Below, in pieces: positions 53,825 through 64,000 of a stretch of 64,000 nt of DNA. Below the pieces are notes generated by a model that had not been told where the DNA came from, did not search any database, and worked only from the letters and a program-made list of their open reading frames with translations. The translations under genes were made by a program, and so were the position numbers. Source of the stretch: Eledone cirrhosa (taxonomy: Eukaryota); NCBI GenBank assembly GCA_964016885.1, contig OZ024740.1, forward strand, positions 275,900,001 through 275,964,000. Direction: 5' to 3'. The stretch's first letter is position 1, and each line of letters begins with the position of its first letter.

Positions 53825-54207
53825 CTCTCTCTCTCTCTCACTCTCTCTCTCACTCTCTTCTCTCTCTCTCTCTCTCTCTCTATTCTTTCTTCGGCGTTCC
53901 TAAAGGAAGTTTGTAAGTTTAAGCGTATATAAGAGAAAGTTGCAGCATATATGCAGTTTTATCTAATTTTAAGGGGAGTAGTAGAGGAAATCAGATTGTA
54001 TTAGAGGGGTAAAGCGTAATGTATTTAGTTTTATCGATTATTTCCGTAATTGTGGGTGAGTTTGAAATAAATAAATAGTCGTTGAACTAGATTAGACCAT
54101 TTACAACATTCTTACAGACTTTGAGTCAAATCGGTTTGAAATTGTGCAAATGTATACACATGGAACATGCACACACACACACACAACAACAATCTGCCTT
54201 TTATAGA
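53203..54207 (-). mobile_element. Non-autonomous Helitron
   Basis: Minus 5' TCTATAAAAGGCAG at 54207; 3' CCCGAGCAACGCCGGG...CTAG at 53203. Confidence 0.7.
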
Positions 54208-54208
54208 T

Positions 54209-54388
54209 AATTGTTTCTACTTTTGGCACAAGGCCAGCAATTACCCAGTGCATTACTGGTACTTTATTTTATCGACCCCGTAAGGATGAAAGGCAAAGTC
54301 AACCTCGGCGGGATTTGAACTCAGATCGTAAAGGGACGTAACTATGCTGGAAAGCATGGCGTCCGACCCTCTACCGATACTGCCAATT
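54209..54388 (-). mobile_element. Young tRNA-derived SINE
   Basis: Near-consensus reverse complement; AGATAAT on both flanks. Confidence 0.9.
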
Positions 54389-55470
54389 AGATAATGATAA
54401 ATAATAGACCGGAAATGTATGAAGCAGATTGGCTGCTATAATGATCTAGCCCATGCGTATTTCAGACACATAGGCCAGTTAAGGAAGAAAACGTCGATCG
54501 TTTGTCTTTGATTTACACAATTTCTGCTTCACATTTGAAAAGAGAGTATCACCCTTGAAGCATTATTGTTTTGTAAAATTTGTCGTCCTTTGCCCATTAT
54601 ATATTTCTATCGTATTGTATCGTTTTTTTTTAAATCTTATCAGTCACTTATCAAATGCGTTGTTTTCTAAGACCGTACAGAGTGTTGTTTAAAGAAATGT
54701 GACTGCTATGTTTAGCTGCTTAAGCGACCAGATTGAGGCGACCAGGTTGTTTCAAATTCTCCTTGGAGTTACCTGAGCTCAGTTAAGGTCATGACATAAT
54801 GACAGTAATAAGATATATTCACGTGCAGTATGTACAGTTTAGGGTTAATTTATAAATAGCAATAAGCATTTACTAATGAAGGGACTCAATACTTGTAATA
54901 GAGTCACGTTTATCATAAATCGATCTTTTCTTCCTTTCGCTTTCTCCTCTAATATTCCCCCCCCCCTCTCTCTCTCAGCTATTTCTTCCCTCGTTAAACA
55001 TTATTATAACTACAAAGAAACATTACCTATTCAGTGCTCAACAAAAACACATCTACAACAATAAAGAAAAATAACATTATCAGAAACAATATCAGTTTTC
55101 ATCACCATCATCAACAGCAGCTACAGACCAACAACATCAAAGGGAACACAAATATAACTCTATCTACATTCACAACAATATCACAGAGCTTGGCATATCA
55201 GAAATATTTCGTTCTGTAATTATTTACCAGTCATTCAATTGACTCCTGGCTCGCATCACTTTGCCTTATTATTCCACAAGAAGCTTCACTGGTGTTACAG
55301 CACCAACCAAAACAGAAGACTATCTTAATATGCTCATACATAGGCACATGTGTATACAAAATGTTACACTCTCATACATGTGCATACTGACATATATATG
55401 GACAACACATACATAAATAGAAACGTGTTTACACACATACACACACACACGCACACATATATTTATACAG

Positions 55471-55531
<61 letters not shown>

Positions 55532-55638
55532 CACATATACACGCATATATATATATCTGTGTGTGCGTGTGTGTGCGTCTGTGTGTACGTCTGCGTGTAT
55601 ATATATATATATATATATTTATTAAAATAACAGATTAA

Positions 55639-55689
55639 AGTTTAAGCAAAGAATCGCTGCTTTCATCCTTAACGGGATCTTCTGAAACT
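55639..55689 (-). ncRNA. Hammerhead-like motif (family B, U4A core); + copies at 58643-58693 and 63959-64000
   Basis: AGUUU-CAGAAGA-uCCC guuaa GG(A/G)u-GAAA-GCA...UGC-UU^AAACU, with stem I extension CAGAUUGA/UUAAUCUG. Confidence 0.6.
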
Positions 55690-56618
55690 AACAAAGTCAA
55701 TCTGTAAACGCAGAACTGGATATTTCAAAAAACGTTGCAACCGGAGGAAGACAGGAAGACGATACTTTGGTTCATGGTGACGTTCGCTGGCAAAGAACGG
55801 GAAAAAACGAATAATACGTCATTAATAGGAGCGGTGAAAAACCATTACGCGCAAAGACAGAACCACGTTTATGGTATAAAAGAGGTCGTAGACTAATGTT
55901 CTCTTAGGTGGTTCATAGAGATGTTCTCTGGCAATGAACGAAAAAAACGAAGATAATACGTCATATGTGGAGCGTAGAGAACAATAGCACGCAAAGACAA
56001 AACCACGTAAATGGTATAGCAGAAGTCGTAGACTAAAATTCTAACTAGGAGACCAAATGAATCTCCGCTACAGAGTTAAGAACAAAGTAAATAAATACAA
56101 TACAGAAGTATTAGAAATAAATAAATACATACACGCAAACAAAAACGTACATACACAAGCATACGCAAAACCTTACCATAGGTGTACAAAACCACGCACA
56201 TATAAATATGTGTGTGTGTGTATGCGTGTATACAAATAAATAAATAATTATATAAACGTATATAAATAAATAAATATGTATATAACAAGCGCACACACAT
56301 ACCTACATATAAATACACGAATGTTCGGAGACGTAAGTCAACTAAAACAAGAAGTACACATATACACACACCCACCATACGTACGAACCTACATAATCAC
56401 ACAGACGCAAAAACTCCCGTATACACATAGCTAAACCCTATGTACCAGAATATATAAAATTATACGCCATAACAATCAAATATACGTACGAGAAGTTATA
56501 CGTACCTTCACAAAACATACGGGTAGTATATACTTACCTATGCAAATAAGTAAAGGAATAAACAAAACATATACTTAGCTCCCACATCAAGACGTAAAAT
56601 ATCCACGTATAGATCGTA

Positions 56619-58334
56619 CTATCCGTTAGGGTATAACGTGGGGCTGTAATACAGGAAAGTTTTGTGCAATTTATGTTTACAAGCCGAAATTGCCTCAGAT
56701 TTTTTGTTTAAGATGTGGTCTGTGGCGTAGAGTATTTCCAGGGCCTCAGCGGCGCAGAGGTCACATGGTCTTTTATTTCCGTTATACGGTCTAGCCCTAG
56801 CTAGGATCTCCCCGTGTAACTTATATTGAGTGTGGTTGTCTTTTAGACTCCAGATATAAGCTGAAAGTGACGTCATATTCCTTCTTAGAGGGTAACGAAA
56901 AGAATGGGTATGCATGTAAAGACGCTGCTTGAAACTATTGGCGGTTAACCCTATGTAGGCGTTACGGGACGTGGGTGTTACAACCTTACATTTGTAGACA
57001 ATGTTACTAGAGAGGCATTTCCTGGATAGGGGACAATCAGCCCGATTCCTACAATTACAGTTAGTACTAACTACAGGGTTGCACGAGTTCCTACGGCTAG
57101 GTAGTATAGCTAAATTTGAAGCTGTGATGTTATGTGCAAGGTTAGGAGTCGTAGAGTAAGACATTTTAATAGTATTTCTATTAAAAATTTTACTATATTT
57201 ATGTGTAGGGGAAAATGCTTCGTAATAAGGGAAAGAAAGATCTTAGCTAATGGTGTGGCCACCTCCATATTATATGGTGGGTTATACCAACAAATGCGAC
57301 GGGATCTATTTCTTCTAGGTCTATTTTCGTACTCTGTATATGCTACCTTATCGACAAATCCACTTTGAGCAAGAGCTTCATTGTAATAAGTGGAATGGTC
57401 GTTGAAAATACGCTCGTTGGGGGAAAGACGGGAAAGCCTCAACGAAACGTTTCTTACCAGGTTCTTGGTTATGCTGGCAGGATGGTTGGAATGCTTACTT
57501 ATGTAATTAAGCGTATCATTCGGCTTTCTATACGGGTAATACAACCCATTCAATAAATTGAGGGTAACGTGGAGGTAATTAACGACCGAGAGATTGGCCT
57601 CAACCTGTATAGAGAGGTTGAAGCCTTTAAAGAAGGCTGTGAGTTCTTTTCTGAACCTGTCGCAAGCACGAGGTCCGCACTTAGTCATGGTCAAAAGACC
57701 ATCGTCAGGGTACAAACCACCGCCCGCGTTGGGGAATTCGTCCTTGATAGAGAAAAGAAGGAAAAGGCCAATAAGATCAGTAACCTCCGCAGAGTCACTG
57801 GCGCCCATACTCACGTCGAATGGGGTACTATTGGATTTGTTTATCCAAATAGAGTCGTCGAAATTAATCACCGACTTTCGGGCATTGAGGATGACATCAA
57901 CTTCGAAATCCTTAACCACTGTGAGTGTTTTAGCGAAATTGATAGCTCTAAGGAGAAGTGGTAAAGTGATGGAGGTGTAGTAATTGTTGATGTCGAATTG
58001 GATAAAACGGCAATGTTCCTTGTTACATATGCCGTTGAACGAATCAATCACCGCGAAAGAATTGTTCCACAGTGCAAGAGGAGCCAAACTTCTAATTTCA
58101 GGTATAATTCTATCAAGAATCGTTTTACTAAGTCACCTAAATCGGACTTAGTAGGGTTAATAAGCCGAATAGAGGGGTTGTTCGGAAAATTGGATTTGTG
58201 ATCCTTCAGGGTAAAGTGGGGAGAAATAGGGTCCAGAGGTTCGGTCCGGTCCAGGATGTTGAGATCAGATGTGATTTTAAACCCAGCATCGTTGATTTCA
58301 TTGATGACGCACCGATTAGTTTTACGGTAATCCT
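56619..58334 (-). pseudogene. PLE reverse transcriptase plus GIY-YIG endonuclease (frameshifted; YRDD to YPDD)
   Basis: FTLKDHK..F.NNPSIRLINPTKSDLG, FIQFDINNYYTSI, FDVSMGASDSAEV, GLYPDDGL, PYRKPN...SNHP, WYNPPY, CNC...CPL...C, YIGLTANSFKQR, CDLC. Confidence 0.92.
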
Positions 58335-58807
58335 TTTGTCTTTGCGCGCTATTGTTCTCCACGCTCCACATATGACGTATTATCTTCGTTTTTTCGTTCA
58401 TTGCCAGAGAACGTCTCTATGCACCACCTAAGAGAACATTAGTCTACGACCTCTTTTATACCATAAACGTGGTTCTGTCTTTGCGCGTAATTGTTTTTCA
58501 CCGCTCCTATTAATGACGTATTCGTTTTTTCCCGTTCTTCGCCAGCGAACGTTACCACGAACCAAAGTATCGTCTTCCTGTCTTCCTCCGGTTGCAACGT
58601 TTTTTGAAATATCCAGTTCTGCGTTTACAGATTGACTTTATTAGTTTCAAAAGATCCCGTTAAGGGTGAAAGCAGCGATTCTTTGCTTAAACTTTAATCT
58701 GTTATTTCAATAAATATTTGCTCTACGGTTCTTATATATTTGATATATATTTATCCTTATCGAGCCCTCTTTGGATTTTAGTCTTCAAATTTATTATTAT
58801 TACTATA

Positions 58808-59597
<790 letters not shown>

Positions 59598-59602
<5 letters not shown>

Positions 59603-60117
59603 AAAGAATAGAGGTGTAACACACAAGTTATTATATATTGGTAAACGGAATAGAAAATGCTGACAAATTGTTCACAGTTGAAAAATGGTTTAATTAGGAA
59701 TAAAAGAGTATTAGTGATTGTATGGGTTAGTATTCAGTTGTGGTTTTAAGTTTTTAAGTTTTTACCGGTTGCGCATTTCTAAATGCTTTTCAAAAATAAT
59801 TTTGAGATAGAGTGTCCGTGCTGTTTGCTCTGATCTGATTAGTTTTGGGAATTCTACCTGTTTTTATGTTAAAAAAATGGCTCCAGCGTTATTTTTGTGT
59901 TGTAAAAATGCTTGTGGTCAAAACAATTTTGATTGGTCGGTAGAGGTCATGTGAATGTAAAAAGTTGATTTTGCGCCAAGACTGTTTTTATGTTAAAATG
60001 TTAGAAAAGTGGCTCCAGCAAAAATTATGGTCAAAACAATTTTGATTGGTCGGTAGAGGTCATGTGGATAAAAAATTGGTTTTGCGCCAAGATTGAGAAA
60101 TGACTCTTTCACAACAA

Positions 60118-60199
<82 letters not shown>

Positions 60200-60594
60200 T
60201 AGTAGTAGTAGTAAGGTGTTCGATGCTGCGACAATAGCCACCAGCGATGTGTGTCAAATGGCTATTAAGATAAGTGTGTGTGTGTGTGTGTGTGTGTGTG
60301 CGTACATACACACAGCAGAGTCATTCGAAGGTCAAAAGATATTTTTCAGCTTTTGTCTTATACGGAGAAGTGCGTGTGTGTGTGTGTGTGTGTGTATAAG
60401 TCTCTTTGTATGTTGATGTACGCGTGTGTATGTGTTTGTGTATATATGTGTGTGTGTGTGTGCGTGTGTGGGTGGACCAGTATTTTTTTCCCCCCTGGTA
60501 AAATGGTGTACATTATTCGATTTTTTCAGTAAAATCGGTTCTCTTAATAGAACATCAACAATCTTAACAATAAAAGGTGTGAAATGATATTCAC

Positions 60595-60626
<32 letters not shown>

Positions 60627-61638
60627 TATATATATATTTTCACTACATATATATATATATATATATACATATATACATACATATATATGCACATATATTT
60701 TTTTGTATTGCACCATAGAGCATGTGTGTTTACGTGTGTCATTGTGTTTATATGTGGGTAGAGATGTGTGCTGATGTAGGTATGTATGTTGACGTGTGTA
60801 TGTTGTGGGTTCGTCTTAGGGAGAAGTGTTTAGACGGGGTCCGTATTTGTTAATGAAGTAAGATTCCTTGCTGATGCGCTGGGTGTGGGTGGCATTATCT
60901 TTAAATTTGTAGAGGGGAAAGATTCTGAAGTTGGGATGATTTTGGGCGGCGCAGGTATCAATGTGTTCACTCAGTGGTATTTTCCTGTATTCCCGTATTT
61001 TAATTTGGGATCTATGGACAGTCATGCGTTGGCGGAGGCTGTTTTGGGTCTGGCCTATGTATTGTTCTCGACAACCTGAACAAGTTAATACATATATTAA
61101 ATTTTCCGATGCACATGTGAAATTGTGTTTTACTATAAAACGTTGTCCATCTTTGAAATAGAATTCCGAACCCTCTATTAGGTTGATGCAAATGCCACAG
61201 TTGGGTCTATCGCATTTTTTTACTGTGGGTTTCGTTGTTGTAGTTGGCAGTACTTTGGCATGTGTTAAGATGTTTTTCATTGACTTGGATTGTCTTTTGC
61301 TCTTTATGATATCGTGTGTTCGTAGAATTTGGTTCATTCTATGGTCCTTTTTCAATACAGGGATGTTCTGGAGGATGGTGTCAAAGGCCTCGTTGTTGAG
61401 GGGGTTGTGTGTGGAGATGTATGGAAGAGCTTTTAGTTTTGGTTGATTTACTTTAGGGTGTCTAACACTCTATCTCAAAATTATTTTTGAAAAGCATTTA
61501 GAAATGCGCAACCGGTAAAAACTTAAAAACTTAAAACCACAACTGAATACTAACCCATACAATCACTAATACTCTTTTATTCCTAATTAAACCATTTTTC
61601 AACTGCGAACAATTTGTCAGCATTTTCTATTCCGTTTA

Positions 61639-61645
<7 letters not shown>
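59598..61645 (-). mobile_element. Penelope-like element, Neptune-type 3' part with inverted pLTR (family H)
   Basis: 59638-59816 is inverted at 61465-61643. HHR-like UUU-UUGAAAA-GCAUU..AAUGC-GCAA-CCGG-UA^AAA at 61484-61520 (+) and about 59759-59797 (-). The microsatellite-rich middle may include other insertions. Confidence 0.75.
60816..61443 (-). pseudogene. 5'-truncated PLE ORF: Zn-finger plus GIY-YIG endonuclease (Neptune-type)
   Basis: KCDRPNCGIC...FTCASENLIYVLTCSGCREQYIGQTQNSLRQRMTVHRSQI...H...ESYFINKY.P.LN. Confidence 0.9.
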
Positions 61646-61714
<69 letters not shown>

Positions 61715-61715
<1 letters not shown>

Positions 61716-62039
61716 CAACGTTTGCAGTTAGAAGGCCAGAACAATGCAGGTATGGATACAGAATATAAATACAACTGCAAAAGATATCGCTGACAATTAA
61801 AAAAGACAGTGGTTAATCCAGTTACACTGGATTAACCCCTTTACTTCCCTCTGAAGAAGAGATATTATCTCGAGAGTTAAGGATATTCAAATAAATTTAA
61901 GGTAAAAGACTAATTGTCAGCGATATCTTTTGCATTTGTATTTATATTCTATATCCATACCTGCATTGCTCTGGCCTTTTAACTCCAAACGTTTATACCT
62001 CACTACGCAATGCTTCAAGTAAACTACAATTTCCTTCTT

Positions 62040-62041
<2 letters not shown>
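61715..62041. mobile_element. Family C fold-back, second copy, with hammerhead at 61845-61884
   Basis: 61716-61800 is inverted at 61911-61993; CUGAAGA-aGAGAUauuAUCUC-GAGA-GUUA^AGGA. Confidence 0.8.
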
Positions 62042-62091
<50 letters not shown>

Positions 62092-62095
62092 ATAT

Positions 62096-62300
62096 AACGG
62101 AGGAAATGTGGTAAGGAACCAGGTGGACCATAACGCACCAAAGTACTCAATACTTAGGGTAGTAGAGAGTAGAGTGGGTAATAGGAACAAATAAGACCCC
62201 GACGGCTGAGCTCAAGTCGTTTCGGCGGCTAATTCTCTAATCATAGAATTAGCCGTCGATACGGCTTGAGCTCAGCCGTCGGGGTCTTATTTGTTCCTAT
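62096..62300. mobile_element. Family A fold-back palindrome
   Basis: Centre AATTCT-CTAATCAT-AGAATT near 62240; short arm ends GTTCCTAT. Confidence 0.9.
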
Positions 62301-62317
62301 TATATATATATATATAA

Positions 62318-62503
62318 GGGCGGTGAATTGGCAGTATCGGTAGCGAGTTGGACGCCATGCTTTGACGCATAGAGTTACTGCCCTTGCCATTCTGAGTTCA
62401 AATCCCGCCGAGGTTAACTTTGCCTTTCATCCTTACGGGGTCGATAAAATAAAGTACCAGTAATGTACTGGGTAATTGCTGGCCTTGTGCTAAAAGTAGA
62501 AAC

Positions 62504-62508
<5 letters not shown>
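62318..62508 (+). mobile_element. tRNA-derived SINE inserted in (TA)n
   Basis: Consensus match. Confidence 0.9.
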
Positions 62509-62555
<47 letters not shown>

Positions 62556-62621
62556 GACGTAAAATAAGAAAATATTTTTTTAAAAAAATTTAAAAAAAAT
62601 TTTTTTCTTACTTAAATTTTC

Positions 62622-62703
62622 ACTCCAACTAATTAGTTTCTGCAATGGGATAAAGACAGTTACGTAATCCAACTGTCGAGAATTCATTGCGTCATCAGGA
62701 AGT
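62622..62703 (-). ncRNA. Canonical-core type I hammerhead (family I, copy 1)
   Basis: ACUUC-CUGAUGA-cGCAAUG..GACAGUU..AACUGUC..CAUUGCa-GAAA-CUAAUUAG-UU^GGAGU. Confidence 0.88.
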
Positions 62704-63179
62704 CTATTCTCAGTTAAGTCTCCAGGCAATGCGCGGACACTGGCGGCTCATATAAAAATAATAATAATTCGGTAGATCTAACAGCTTGCGAGGACTGGAT
62801 TCTATGTACCGAAATTCTCACTGCTTCAAGTCAAATGGCCGATTCTAAAGAATCAATCACGTGACACAGAGGCTAGTTAGAAGGAATGGGATGGTAAGAT
62901 GACTGACGCCTACTAACACCCCAAAAAAAATTTTTTTAGAAGTGGTTTTGACAAGTTTGCTCGACAAATCAGTGATTTGGAGATAAATATAGATAATTTA
63001 ATATATCAACTAACATAAGCGCACAGATGCACGCCCATGCCAGCAAATACACAGGTTATGTCATAGTACCTAGGTGGTTCAATGCAGGAGAATGCAGAAC
63101 AATAATATAAAGGACGTAAAATAAGAAAATATTTTTTTAAAAAAAATTTAAAAAAAAATTTTTTCTTACTTAAATTTTC

Positions 63180-63261
63180 ACTCCAACTAATTAGTTTCTG
63201 CAATGGGATAAAGACAGTTACGTAATCCAACTGTCGAGAATTCATTGCGTCATCAGGAAGT
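63180..63261 (-). ncRNA. Type I hammerhead (family I, copy 2)
   Basis: Identical to copy 1. Confidence 0.88.
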
Positions 63262-63736
63262 CTATTCTCAGTTAAGTCTCCAGGCAATGCGCGGACACTG
63301 GCGGCTCATATAAAAATAATAATAATTCGGTAGATCTAACAGCTTGCGAGGACTGGATTCTATGTACCGAAATTCTCACTGCTTCAAGTCAAATGGCCGA
63401 TTCTAAAGAATCAATCACGTGACACAGAGGCTAGTTAGAAGGAATGGGATGGTAAGATGACTGACGCCTACTAACACCCCAAAAAAAATTTTTTTAGAAG
63501 TGGTTTTGACAAGTTTGCTCGACAAATCAGTGATTTGGAGATAAATATAGATAATTTAATATATCAACTAACATAAGCGCACAGATGCACGCCCATGCCA
63601 GCAAATACACAGGTTATGTCATAGTACCTAGGTGGTTCAATGCAGGAGAATGCAGAACAATAATATAAAGGACGTAAAATAAGAAAATATTTTTTTAAAA
63701 AAATTTAAAAAAATTTTTTTTCTTACTTAAATTTTC

Positions 63737-63818
63737 ACTCCAACTAATTAGTTTCTGCAATGGGATAAAGACAGTTACGTAATCCAACTGTCGAGAATTC
63801 ATTGCGTCATCAGGAAGT
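63737..63818 (-). ncRNA. Type I hammerhead (family I, copy 3)
   Basis: Identical to copy 1. Confidence 0.88.
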
Positions 63819-63898
63819 CTATTCTCAGTTAAGTCTCCAGGCAATGCGCGGACACTGGCGGCTCATATAAAAATAATATATATAAAATATATATATAT

Positions 63899-63933
<35 letters not shown>

Positions 63934-64000
63934 ATAATAAATTTGAAGACTAAAATCCAGTTTCAGAAGATCCCGTTAAGGGTGAAAGCAGCGATTCTTT

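Larger units (their letters stand above)
55619..58800 (-). mobile_element. Penelope-like element, Nematis-type, 5'-truncated with inverted pLTR (parent of family B)
   Basis: 55619-56000 is inverted at 58335-58717; RT and GIY-YIG lie on the minus strand between them; both ends in (TA)n; internal ~142-bp tandem at 55781-56042. Confidence 0.92.
62551..63877 (-). mobile_element. Retrozyme-like family I: 2.4 tandem copies of a 557-558-nt monomer
   Basis: Units differ only in homopolymer lengths; one HHR each; (TA)n on both sides; no credible ORF. Confidence 0.9.

Noticed and set aside
58335-58401. Apparent N-terminus MNEKTKIIRH of the PLE RT ORF
   Set aside because: Comes from the antisense inverted pLTR arm; RT homology starts near 58334.
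62768-62813. HDV-like ribozyme suggested by minus-strand UCCUCGC
   Set aside because: Could not build the P1/P2 nested pseudoknot, and the 9.2-kb homolog reads UCCGCGC.
63006-63287. 93-aa ORF in the 558-nt monomer
   Set aside because: Crosses homopolymer runs that vary between units and is not evidently conserved in the 519-nt homolog.

Overview
AT-rich, microsatellite-saturated metazoan DNA, probably from an octopus (inferred from the SINE family and the (TA)n/(CA)n load). No intact host protein-coding gene is recognisable. Real coding remnants are all transposon-derived: four Penelope-like (PLE) pieces (two Neptune-type, two Nematis-type; RT and/or GIY-YIG), a Helitron PIF1 helicase and several RTE/CR1-like LINE 3' ends. 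There are also about 35 copies of one tRNA-derived SINE, three non-autonomous Helitrons, several MITEs and a 2.1-kb non-autonomous LTR element with an over-long tRNA-Trp primer site. The hidden structure is a dense set of type I hammerhead ribozymes (HHRs), more than 20 motifs in about 10 unrelated families, all seated in (TA)n tracts. They take two forms. (1) Non-coding head-to-tail tandem monomers of about 430, 519/558 and 629 nt with one HHR per unit, resembling retrozymes and predicted to give circular RNAs; one family shows covarying hairpins. (2) Asymmetric fold-back palindromes, each with a long arm and a short arm that stops at a family-fixed TA site. Several families carry non-canonical cores (U3-A8 swap, U4A). 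All folds were read by eye and coordinates may be off by a few bases.
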